The notes beneath the pieces are model-generated. The model had not been told where the DNA came from. It searched no databases and worked only from the letters and a program-made list of their open reading frames with translations. The translations under genes and the position numbers were made by a program. From Paramecium tetraurelia (lineage: Eukaryota), in NCBI GenBank assembly GCA_000165425.1, contig CT868540.1, forward strand, positions 1 to 64,000: a DNA stretch of 64,000 bases. Direction: 5' to 3'. The stretch's first letter is position 1. The number at the start of each line of letters is the position of its first letter. Shown in pieces: positions 1-12,609 of this stretch.

Positions 1-242
1 ACCCATCCCAATTCCCGGACCGTATAGACTGAGGGTTGCTGAAGGAAATAAGTTAAATTTGGTTTAAGCACTAAACTATAACCGCTACAGAGCAACACAG
101 GGTGAAAGACCAAGTTCCGGTACTTTTCAGGGGTGGACTTCCACTATATATCTCGTAGTGTACACCAAAGGTGGCTCCAATAAGAATTGTGCTTCTAGAT
201 CAGCTCAAGAACAACCATCTCTCTATTAAATAAATTATCCAT
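1..242 (-). CDS. 5' end of hypothetical protein (runs off window)
   Basis: ATG at 242 opens MDNLFNREMVVLELIQKHNSYWSHLW... with no TGA to the window edge; GC-richer than the flank; no family recognised. Confidence 0.5.
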
Positions 243-657
243 ATTGTTATTAAAATATTAATTTCATGTTTAATTTCATCGGAGTTATGGTTTAATTTAA
301 TTAATCCTATTGATATTTTGTTAGTTAACACCATATTTCGTTGAATACTGAATTAAGATCTAATTTATCAATTTAATTTATAGAAACAAAAAAGATGAAA
401 CATCTCAACAATTAATTATTGTGAATTTTTGTAATTAAGTTTGTGATTTTCTTATGAATTTAAAATTCTCAGTTCTGTTATTATTAAGTGATGTTAGCTG
501 TTTTTATCATATTCCTTATGATTATTTTTCTTATTTTGACCATATAGATTCATTTTATAATATGATTATAGTGATATAGAAGGTTAGATAACAAAAGCTA
601 GATTGATATAAAATTATCATATTTTTGGGAATATTAATTAAGCATTGATTTTTATAT

Positions 658-2160
658 ATGAGTTTAACCAAAGGATTAGTGGAAAAATAGATTAAATAAA
701 AATTATAAATGAGACACAGATATTCATCCTCTCACTCCTAATTATTGAATGAGATCATCTAGAGTGTAGATTAATAAGGAACCTAAAGAGAAGGACTTCA
801 TCAAAGTAGCTCAATAGTTAACTTATATCCCAATTATGCTGCCATCGATTAGTTAGGAAAGTCTACTTTCTTCAGCTAGAAACACATCTAATCAATCTTC
901 AAAACCTCTCACTCGAAGGAGAATGAATAATCATAGTCAATCAAGATTATCTCTCCATACTAAAAAATCTGATTTGACTCCTCTAACAATAAGATCTCAC
1001 AGCCCTGTAAGCTAATTTTAGTAGCAATATTTTGATGCTATAAAGAATGATGATTGTGAATAAGCTATGGCGATATTAATAAACATGATGATTCTAACTG
1101 TTGATTAAGATAACTTATGTTAGTTGATTAAAACGTTTAGAGTTGCATCGCTAACATTGTTACATTTCCGAGAGTATGGAAAATCAATAATATATGCGAA
1201 GAATACAATATTTTTAAGCGAATTTGCTCGAGATTTCGAAACCATTTAATGGGCATTGCTACATTTGGGAATCATATGCAAATAATTATAAAAATATGAG
1301 ATTGGAAAAATCTTCATAAAAAAAGTATATTTTTCATTAGACTAGAGTCGATAGAATTTACATGGTTCATGTAAAATTAGGATGAGGAATTGAGATGCTA
1401 TGAGGAATTGGGAAAATTGTGTTATTTCAACCGTGAATTGGAACTTGCAAAACAGTTACACGATATGAGCATGGTCGGTAACCAGAGAAGTGATTCTATT
1501 TTAACTATAAGTAAAAAAGGAATTCAATAATTAATCAATAATTATCCTCCGTAATAGATATCTATTGATCAGAATATTTTATCAAAAATAGTTGACTTTC
1601 CTTTTGTTATACGAGCAACTAAAGAAGACAGAGATACTTAAAATAGATATCTCAGATAGCAAAAATTAGAATGTGTTTATATTGACAGAATGTATCCTCA
1701 AAGTGTAGAAGAGATACTAAACAAAGTATTATAAAACCATAATTTCTTTTTTGAGATTCCTATTCCAATTGACTCATCTTACAAAGTTGTGAAACCTAAA
1801 TCAAGAAAGGACAGAATAAAATCTACTTAAATGATTACTTGGATTAAATTAGCTATAGAAAAATAAAAAAATCCAGAATATAAATTCTAACCTAAACCTC
1901 CAGTTGAAAAAGTAGAAAAGAGAAAGCTTACCTTAGATTAAGCAGTGACTGAGAGGGTTAAAGATAAGATTAGAAGTAGTATGGAAATAATATAAGAGAT
2001 CAAATGCATGAAACCAAAAAATGGCGATGTTATTCGATTGACGCATGAAAAGGATCATAAGAGAATTCACGAACATTCTAAGAAGGAACTTCTAAAATAT
2101 GCAGAGTCAAGTTTTTTAAATAAAAACGTAAAGGTTTCTTTTAGTTTGCTTATTTAATGA
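658..2160 (+). CDS. TPR-like helical repeat protein
   Basis: Code-6 reading gives MSLTKGLVEK...; central WALLHLGIICKQLQKYEIGKIFIKK and ELRCYEELGKLCYFNRELELAKQLHD look TPR-like; one early frame change not resolved (intron assumed). Confidence 0.6.
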
Positions 2161-3275
2161 TATATATTGTTAATTACTTTTAATTTTTATCTCTCGAAAC
2201 CTTCCTATTATATTTGTTTAAATGATTTTAAGAGTTCAGAGCAAGGAAATAAATATCTAGATCATCTTGATATAAAAGGTTTTGATTGGCTATCAAAGTT
2301 TATGAATCTCTCTTAATTGATTATCAACTCATTTAAATTAGATGTTCAAATTGAAAAAATAAATGAAAATCTGAGGTAAGATTTATAAAATCAACTTAAA
2401 CTAATTTAAGTATTCCTAAATTGATTTTTAAAATGAATTACCTCACAAAATGATTTTTTCTAATAATGTAATATATAATCAAGAAGATCATTTATTTAGT
2501 ATAAACCTCCTATTCCAAACCAGTAAAACATTTTGGTTTATTGATGAACTTAAGGCTAAAAATATTTGTAAAAATGAGGCTGCTGCATTCTTCCCCATTG
2601 ATATATGCTAAAGGGAGAAACAATCAAGTTTATGCTTTTGTAGGATTTATCAATTTATCATTATCGTCATCAATTAGAAGTATCAAGAAATATTTTATAT
2701 AAATTGAATCAGAATAATTTCAATTGAACTTTGAGTGTTTAAATTTAGATAATTCCAATATTATTGGAGAAATTAGACACTGAGAATAATGATCTAAACA
2801 TAATTTTTTTATGAAGCATTGCTTAATTTTAATTGGATATCTATTATTTTAAATGTCTTAAATTCAAAATAACAAATCTTTAGCTTAAATTGTCAATATG
2901 ATAAATATTATTCCAAGATACAAACTTTTTAATCACTATTTAGGAGGCTAGATGAAAAAATCATAAATTAAGTAATTAAATTAACTTTTTTTTTAAAGGT
3001 TAAATTTATGGACATTGGGTAATAAATCTAAAAACAATTTCATAAAATGAGTACCAGTTGTAAATTGAATTTGAGATGAATTAATTTATTGCAATTTAAG
3101 TATATACATAAAATATTCATAAATTCTAAAGTGACATGAAAAGGAGTCTATTTAAATAAAGAATAACACTTAGTAAATAGAAATGAATAGTTTTTATGCT
3201 TTGATTTTGAAAAACATTCTATATGCTTTCATTCAGAAATAATTAATTTGATAATATATTCTTCAAATAATATTC

Positions 3276-5430
3276 ATGATGTATAATAGTCAAATTGAGC
3301 AAAGCTAGTTTTCTGAGGCAATTCAGAAGCTCGAGCTATTTATTAGTTGCAGATAATTAGATGATCTAGACACAGTTAGTGTTAGTGACCCTTATGTAAT
3401 TATGTATCAAAAAAACAACAATTATTGTAAGAATTCGATTAATCTTATTTAGGGACTAAAATTGGACAAACAGAATTGATTTGGAACAATTTAAATCCAA
3501 ATTTTGCGACCTCTATATAATTGGAGTACCATTTTGAAGTTTAACAACATTTAAAAATGGAAGTTCACCATTACATTAGTCCAACCCAATCAAAAGTATG
3601 ATATTTCTGAATATTATAGATAATTGGTATTGCAGAAACAACAGTGGCTGAAATAGCTGGTTCTAAGGATCAAATATATATGGGTGATTTAGTTAATATT
3701 TCTGGAAAGAAAAGTGGAAAAATTATTGTAAAAGCAGACTAAGTTAAATAATGTAATGATGAGATCATCCTTACTTTATCTGGTTAGAGCTTACCTGAAA
3801 CAAGATTTTGGTTTTGGCATGGGACATGTCCATTTTTAAGATTTTATAGATTAAGGAAGGATGATAATAATCCAGTTTTGGTTTATGAAACAGAATTTGC
3901 CAAAGACACAACATCTCCACTTTGGAAATAAATAAGTTGCAAAGCATAAAAATTATGCAATGGCGATTATCAAATGCCAATCAAAGTTGAATTATGGGAT
4001 TATAGAAGTTCTGGTAAGCATAATTATTTAGGGGAAACAACATTTTGTGTAGAAGAATTAAAGGAACATAGTACATAGAATAAAATATTGAAAAAGGAGT
4101 TTAAAAACAAAATGAAAAAGAATGAATCTTCAGGCGTTTTATCATTCAATAAATTTTAATTAAGAACTCGATATACATTTTTAGATTATTGTGCTGGGGG
4201 ATAATAATTAAACTTGATAGTTGCTATTGATTTTACAGCCTCAAATGGTAATCCAAATGATCCAAAGTCACTTCATTACATGACCTAAAATGGTGCTCCT
4301 AGTCAATATTTACAAGCTATTATCAGTGTTGTGGAGATTCTAATCAATTATGATCATGATAAGAAGGTTCCTGTTTATGGCTTTGGATGCAAACCAAGAA
4401 TGAATTTGATTAACACCAATCAAACCCTTCATTTATTCCCACTGAATGATAATCCTGAGGATCCAGAGTAAATTTTATAATTTATATTATTAGAGTATAT
4501 GGTTTAGATGGAATAGTATAATGTTATAGATCCTCACTGCATCATTTATCATTTGATGGTCCCACTTACTTACATCCAATCTTAAAAAATGCTATGGATA
4601 TGGCTTAGCAGTGCAAAGATTAAGGTAGTGAAAATTATTTGATTTTGATGATCCTTACTGATGGACAAACAAATGACATGCAAGCATCTATAGATGATAT
4701 AATTGCTTCCTCAAATTTACCATTATCAGTCATTATCATTGGTATTGGAGATGCCAATTTTAAGAACATGTCAATTTTAGATAATGATGATAAAAGTATG
4801 GTTGATAGCAAAGGAAACAAAGCAGTTAGAGACCTAGTTTAATTTGTTCCGTTCAATGAATTTAAAAATGATCCAGCTCTCTTATCTAAAGAAGTCTTGG
4901 CTGAACTACCAGATTAATTAGTAGAATACATGGAATTAATGGGAATACCCCCTAAGCCACCTAAGAGTAATAATTTTGTATTAATATTAGATATTCAAGC
5001 TAATTAATATTAGATTCCGATCAATAATGCTCCTTAATAGAATATCGGAGTCCCATAGAATCCTCAATATAATGTATATCCTAAAAATTAATAATTTTAA
5101 ACTGATTAAGAAAGTCAATAATATAATTCTTAATAGTAAATTTATTAGCAGTACTAGCAATAACAATATCCATAATAACCTCAATAGTTTATGCCACCTT
5201 AATAATACCCTCCCTAATAATAACAGTACTCTCAACAATAAGTATATCCTCCTTAATAAATATACCCTCCTTAATAATATCCGTCATAATAGAATTTTCA
5301 ATATTAACAATAGTAGGCCCCATAAACAGGTATAGCTACGAAATCTTTGGGTTAGGGCTTAGCATAGTAGGGATTCTTAAAGGGATTTGTTTAGCAAGCT
5401 AATTAATAATTCAACTATCCATCATAGTGA
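3276..5430 (+). CDS. Copine (C2-C2-vWA) with Gln/Pro/Tyr-rich C-terminal tail
   Basis: LELFISCRQLDDLDTVSVSDPYV, NNLNPNF, IVAIDFTASNG, LTDGQ, LPLSVIIIGIGDANF, RDLVQFVPF; introns e.g. 3427-3452. Confidence 0.95.
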
Positions 5431-5735
5431 TTATCCTTAAAAAGATATCCACAATTATATTCTAAAATTATTTATTTTTATGTGAGTGTTCATTATATAA
5501 TTTCCAAATCCTATTCTCCTCTGAACATATATTAAAATAAAATGCTGTACCAATCAAGAGCTAAGGTAGTGTATAAATAAAATTGAAGTTGAAAGTAGTT
5601 GTTAAATTATTATAAAACTTTAACAAAATGAATCACTTATAGTCTTTACACAATTGTTTTATTATTTATAAATATTCATGGATGGAATACTAAAGGGTGA
5701 CAAAGAAAATAATAATCGCCAGAATTAATATTTAT

Positions 5736-6728
5736 ATGTCTAATTAGAATAAGAAAGCATCGTACATTAAGCCATTTCTTTTCGGTGGAATTTCAGGGTG
5801 TACAGCTGTTGCAGTTATTATGCCCTTGGATACATGGAAGGTTAGACTTTAGATATATGGGGAAAATAAAGGAATAAGTAATGGTTCAACAAAGGTTTCT
5901 CCAATAGAAGTGGCGAAAGAGATGTATAAAGTGGAGGGATTGAAAGGGTTCTATTAAGGGTATTAAGAAGTAATATGTAATGTTAGAATGGGATCTGCAA
6001 TGTTGAGACAATTAACTTATGCTACAGCCAGACTGGGAATTTACAAAGTAATCGCAGATTCGGTCAAGATCAACTAAAAAAGTAAGATTGACATAATAAA
6101 ATCATTAGGGGATCTCAGATTCTTAGAGAAGGTTGCTGCATCTTCTTTTTCTGGTTTATGCGGAGCTTTGATTGGGAACCCTACCGATATTTGCTTAGTA
6201 AGATTTTAGGCTGATGCAACTTTGCCAATTGCAGAACGTAGGAATTATAAAAATGCCTTTGATGCTTTGTACAGGATTACTAAGGAGGAAGGACTGCCAA
6301 CTTTATGGAGAGGATCAACTCCTACTGTATTAAGAGCAATTGCAATCACAGTTGGTTAATTGACTACTTATGATGAGATCAAAGAATGGTGTATGAAAAT
6401 ATTTTTAAGAAAGACGGAAACAATGTCTGATAGGATCATGTATAATAGATTTTCATAAATTAGGGCTTCAGTTGGGGCTGGTGTGGTTACATCTGTTTTA
6501 TCATTACCTTTTGATAATATTAAGACTAAACTTTAGAAAATGAAAGTTAAAGCTAATGGAAAGTATCCTTATTCAGGAATTGCTGATTGTTTTGTAAAAA
6601 CCATTTAAAGAGAGTAACTTACAGGTTTATGGGTGGGATTACCAGTCTATTTTGCAAGAGTGGCTCCTTAATCAATCATAATATTGTTGGTATAAGATTT
6701 GCTTCATCGTGTATTTGAGACACATTGA
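5736..6728 (+). CDS. Mitochondrial carrier, 2-oxoglutarate/malate (SLC25A11/DIC)-like
   Basis: Px[D/E]xx[K/R] motifs PLDTWKVR, PTDICLVRFQAD, PFDNIKTKLQ; RQLTYATARLG; ERRNYKNAFDAL; three short introns. Confidence 0.92.
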
Positions 6729-6933
6729 TTAATTTAAGTCTTTTTTGGTTCACAATTAAATTTTATATATCTATAAACAATTTTAAGTATAAATTTATCA
6801 AAAATCATTTTGCTTTACATTTGTAAATATTATTATAATGATCTTGAAAAATACTGAGTATGATAACGTTTGTGTTTTATATATCAGATAGTTCTATATC
6901 TTATAATTACAGATAAATTAAATTAGAATAATA

Positions 6934-9276
6934 TCACTATTATACAGATGATTGTCTACTCCTTTACTACGATACTTATTTACTACGGATTATGGATAAA
7001 CGAGCTGGCTATTTAATCTAAACTTGAGTATTGATAAATTCGGATTGATTTGCATAATTGTTTTCAGTGAAATATTTAGTAAATTAAAATGCCTAATCCA
7101 TTCCTTGTAGACCTTCCTTAACCTCATACTGGTTGGTATAAGTATCAAAATTAGTCTTTAAAATGTTCTGAAACTTCTTAAATTCATCATCATCTAAATG
7201 TTCCTACACTTGTTCTACCTCTTTCAATTTCTGTTCCATATCAGATTTGACAGCTATTTATTGGTTATCTACTTCCTCTCTCTTAAAACATTCAATTCTA
7301 ACAAAAGTCTACCATTTCTTTTTCTCCTTTCTCTTGAATTTAGTTCTCCCCTATTTGTCTTAATTAAACACTATTAACTTGTTTGCATCCACTACCAAAT
7401 GAGTCACTTCACATTCAGTACTGTAATGGGCAGTAGATTAGCATGTATAACATTATCCTATTGCTGAGAAATCCTTTTAGAATTCTATCTTATCTTTAAT
7501 CATCCAATACTTCTCGTAATCTTCATTAAATTTAGCCAATGTGCCTAAGAAATCCTCTCTTCTAATTTTGTATAATTAACTGTATTGTAGAGCTTAGGCA
7601 GATGCTTTTCTCTCAAAGCCAGTAAGAAAGGCGAATTCTCCAAAGTACTCTCCCTTTCCCAGTTTCTTTAATACCAATTACTTATTGAAATTATTAGGGA
7701 ATATAGCTATTTACCCTACATTAATGAAGTATATTGATTGATCATCCAAAAATTAAGGATCTTCACCCAAGAATATCATTTCATATTCAGCATAATTCAT
7801 CTCCTAAATAGTTGATGATAGTTCTCTTAGAAATCCCCTTGAAAAGTTAGTACAAAATAGTGGTATTTATAATAGAATTTTTCCACAACTAGCTAATTGT
7901 AATTCTGCCTTCAATTCTGGAGCTAACTCTCCAATGATCTCTTATTCTCCTTGAATATCCCTATTTCCTTCTTAATACCAATGCTCATTCAGATATTACC
8001 TAACACGCTCTCTTAATTACTATGGTACATCCTTAACCATCATATATCTGTTAATCACCAAACGCTGTTAATAGCGTTTGATATCATAGATAGCATATTC
8101 TTCTAAAATCTTAAATATGATATTGACCATCACAGCAAAAATGAGAACCGCAAATAGTATGCCTCCCATACCAACCAACACTTCAAAAGTATTAAGAGGC
8201 TACATATCTCCATATCCCATTGTTGTTGTTGTTGTACCTACACTGAAATAATAGGAATAGAAGAATTTTTAGATCTAAGTCAATTCACTTATGGCTCCGA
8301 AATTGCCTTCATGAGTCAACCAGGAATTGTATCCGTTGTTGGTTGCATAGAGACAAGCCAGATACCATATGCATGCGTAGACAATAAAGACGAATTAAAG
8401 GACTGCTAAGACTTTTCCAATTTAAAATATTGTACGCACTCTACGATGAAGCATAACGATTTCACCAAATTAAAAGGAAATACGAGTTAATGATGGATAT
8501 TTCAAATAGAAAAAAAGATACAACCATCTTTCGTTATATGTTGAAATAATTGATCTGATTAACAAGGCTAAGGTTGCAATCACATCAAATAAAAACCTCG
8601 ATTACAAATATCTATGAGCAATTTTGGCTCTATCCACTACGAGGTTTCCATGTGAATAATAAGCCATATGAAATTCTAAGCACATATCAAATGAAAAGGT
8701 CACCAAAGCCAAGACAGCAATTAGAATTTTGGCCCATTCAGGTACAAACTCATATTAAAACAAACTTTTACTTCCCAAACTTCTTTGTCAAATGAAATAT
8801 AGATTGGAATTTCATAAAAGAAAAATATAATTATTAATCCTACCCAACCTTTCCAAAATAAGAGACCTGGAGTGTTCGGATAGAAAATTGGGATTGCCTC
8901 ATGAACTATGAAATATTGCAATTTCTCATACACTTTTTATAAAATCCAGGCAAATTCATTTCTACTTATTTGACTTCCTTAGAATCAGCACTATGTTCAG
9001 CTACATCGTCATTATAGACTTTTTGAAGCAACCTCAATTTTTCTTCAGGTTATATCTCATTGCTCTTGTAATATTCATAAATATCCTCAACTTGTGTCTT
9101 ATTTCCTTTTTTGTAATTTTCTTAGATTCTATACTTATTAATGATATCGTCATAGCCTTTTATTTTGCTGTCTGCAATTAAGCACCATTATTGATGTGCT
9201 TCATCTGCTGATCCCCATATTAAGTCATTTCTACGCTATCTGTGGACGAGTTAATCGAGTTCTGTTCTTTATTCAT
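6934..9276 (-). CDS. Voltage-gated K+ channel with cyclic-nucleotide-binding domain (EAG/KCNH-like)
   Basis: Pore signature TTTTMGYGDM near 8200-8235; TM helices; C-linker (RVRQYLNEHW) and CNBD (GEYFGEFAFLTG). Confidence 0.92.
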
Positions 9277-9390
9277 ATTTAAATTAATTAGATATAATTC
9301 ATCATTGTGTGTTCAAATATAGTAAACACTTATTCAAATCTAATAATAAAGATCTTAATATTAAAATGTATAATCATTAACAAATAACAA

Positions 9391-10286
9391 TCACAACAAG
9401 ATATATGCTTTATTTTCAATCCAAAAATTGTCCTTGATAATATCCACATAAAACTCCTTAACTTACAAATCCTCTTTCTATTGGTTAGGGAGTTGATTCA
9501 ATTCCTATTAGTTGAGATCCTTGTATTTTTACTTTTTCTTTTACTTTTTATTCAATTTTTATTATTCTTTGGAATCCACATCTAATTCAACCTTTAAGTT
9601 AACTCTTTCTTAAGTAGGCTATCTTATTATGGTTGTTCCTTTTTTGAACATTTCAAGCTCATTATTATAGTTTTTTCCTAGTTTAGAAAATAGCAATTCA
9701 TTTTTATCCCCTGCATTTGTACCAGCTAATGTTTTTTCAGACTCCTATTTATTCATGCCTTTCTGAACTAATCCCCAGAAACACGTATTGTATAAATTAT
9801 TAATATGACAATCCGCTTATCTCCAGGACAAATAATCTCTAATGTTTTATAGATCTGGATAACAGACACATCTTGCATCAAAAATAGGGATGTATGGAAA
9901 TTGCAAAGGTTTCTTCATGAATTTCTCAAAATTCAATGTCTAGATTAAGTATAAATGCATACATAAACTGAAGTGAATGTAGAACAAACACATGTAGCTA
10001 TTTTATCTGATCTTCTGCTATATAACTCACTATCCTTTTTTAATACAAATGAAAATTCATCAGATTGTCCGTATGCAATTTAAATATCAGGAAATGTTTC
10101 CATAACAACACAAGCACTGAAACTCATTAGTTTAAGTCCTTGTTCATCATTAGGTTTTTCGAAATCATAACATTTTGTGAATTTGTGAAATCCCTTTCCA
10201 TCTATTCTGACTACAATGTATGTGTTTGGTAAGAGATTCTGCATTTATTCAAATTGCTTGACATACTCAAATTTAGAATTGGCCAT
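9391..10286 (-). CDS. THG1: tRNA(His) guanylyltransferase
   Basis: [53 protein letters not shown]. Confidence 0.96.
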
Positions 10287-10386
10287 TTAATTACTAATGA
10301 ACTTTATAATTAATATTAATCTCTTAAGTTAATTAATAAATTCTTTTTTAATTTAATATTATCAAAAAATTATCCTCAAAATTTTT

Positions 10387-11951
10387 TCATATCACTAACA
10401 AAAGTTTCATTGCTTCATCAAGACTTTGACATTGTTATATTTACTTCAAGATAAATGTTTTAGCATTTATCTCCCTTGCATCATCAATTTATAGCAAGAC
10501 TTTAAGATAGTCAATAACACCAATTAATTCCTAAATCAGTACAATTTATACATTATCCTTTGGATTATCAATGTAAGGTATGATGGGAATACCATTATCA
10601 ATTTAGTAAGCAAAAGAGTAAGCAGCATTATCAATCAAAACGACGTCCTTGAGATTCCTGTTCAAAATTCTCAAATCTTTTACATATATACCCTATTAGG
10701 TTTATATGCAATGTTCTCTGTACAATCTACAAGTGACCCACTTTTTGGTTGGATCCAATTTATCAATAATCTTGTCAGCATATAAAGGATGAGAAGCTGT
10801 GAAAATCATAACTTCGAAATGCTTTGAGCATTCCTGTAAAAATTACTGAGCAAAGGGCCTCACGCTAATTCCTGCCTTTTTAATATAGTTTAGTATACTT
10901 CATGAATCTGCCCATTCGGCATTTGGATGGGAACCTTAAAATCGTATTTCATCTATGGCTACTCATTACAATGAATTAGTGTCTCATCCAAATCCAGGAC
11001 TAAGGTTTTTTGCTTTACTATTCAATCTATATATGAATTACTAATCTATTATATTTGTATGCTACGACGCTCTATTTCCTTGATGTCGGGTTAAAGAAAC
11101 TGTTTACTGAGTTAGAGACTGTGAAACTGTTGAACAAAATGGTTGATATAAAGTTGAGCATACAGGCCCTCTAGATTTAGCCCTTTGAGATATTTCCTTA
11201 AATTGTCCATATAGTAAGTTCCTAAGTTAATCTGCTTGAATTAATTAAAGGAGGATTCCTCCTAACCTTGTGAGTCCTCCTATAACCATTCAAAAGATTC
11301 GGTCCTTTTTACTCTTAGAGCTTTGAGTTCTTGTTTGAACTCATACACCTGGAATTGAGGATTGATTTCCTATTGTTAATGATAATTAGTCTTCCTAATT
11401 TTATTAATTTTCGATTTATCTGACGATTTCATTTGTGATTCTTTTGAAGTAAATTAGCTATTATTGAGCGAAGCATCCTTTATCACTCTTCTGGTTGTCT
11501 GTTCCTTTTTGGATGTGGTTTGAGAACTAAAAAAGGGGAGTTTAATATCCAAATATTATTATGTTGGGGACAGACATTCTATTTCCATGCTTTGTTCTTG
11601 CTTTGGTTATATAATTAAATTAGGACTCTTTCCTAATTATCATCTATTTGAGTACCTCCTGATCATAATTGTTCCTTCCACTTTTGCTCAACATTCTTGG
11701 TGTTTAGTTTTTTGGAAGAGATCGCTTTACTAACATCATTAATTTTAATTACATTGAAAGCTATTTCCTGAGCCAAGGCAATCCTTTGGAATACTAAGTC
11801 CTTTCCTTTAATAAACACTTTCCGATATTAATTGATTTGTGTTAGATGTATTCATATAAATTTTTGGAGGTGAAGGCTTTCTGTTGCTATCGATTATATT
11901 ATCTTTTGAATTGTCATTTGTATTAAATCTAGCATTGCGTTTGGATCTCAT
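10387..11951 (-). CDS. CTD small phosphatase-like (FCP1/NIF HAD domain) protein with long low-complexity N-terminus
   Basis: KTLVLDLDETLIH, VRPFAQ, IFTASH, YVKDLRI, DNAAYSF, DNGIPI. Confidence 0.92.
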
Positions 11952-12609
11952 CACTTATAAAAAAAAATTATTGATTAATACAAAAAAATCATGAGAAAAA
12001 TTTCAACATATTTTATCCTCATAATTATCTCTTAATTAAACATTTGCTGTTATTTTTCCCATGATTTGACAGTTAAAGTGACTTCTAAATTTTTTCGGCT
12101 TTTTCAAAACTCATACTTTGATCCAGAAAATTGATTCCCGATGCTAAGTCTAAGTAAATTTAAGTCATCCATTTGTAATTTCACTTATAATATTACTATC
12201 TATATTTGTCTTTGTAACTAGCGATAAAGTTTTAAAGTCTGATGCTAACATATCTTCTTCTGTATTTCATAATTTATTCCAATTTCTCATTTTATGAAAA
12301 GACAAATTATTGGAACTTAGACCAACTTTGTCTTTATCCCAGAATTCCCATTATAAATTATTACATTTATAATGCTATTGAAATTCTATAATTTTTTCTA
12401 TATATTTTATATGTAATTTGGAATTGGAATTAGAAAATCCGAGTGATAATCTTTATTTTGATAGGTATTATATCCTTTAACAGTTTTTCAAAAGAGAGGG
12501 TGAAATATTATCTCCATGTAAATCTTGTGATTAGTATATATGCAGAGAATTATAAAAAATAAAATCCTAATATTAGACTTATCATTTTTAATTGCAATGA
12601 ATTAAGCAA

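Noticed and set aside
4987..5335. Supplied Leu-rich (minus) and Asn-rich (plus) ORFs
   Set aside because: Antisense and off-frame shadows of the TAA-encoded poly-Gln copine tail
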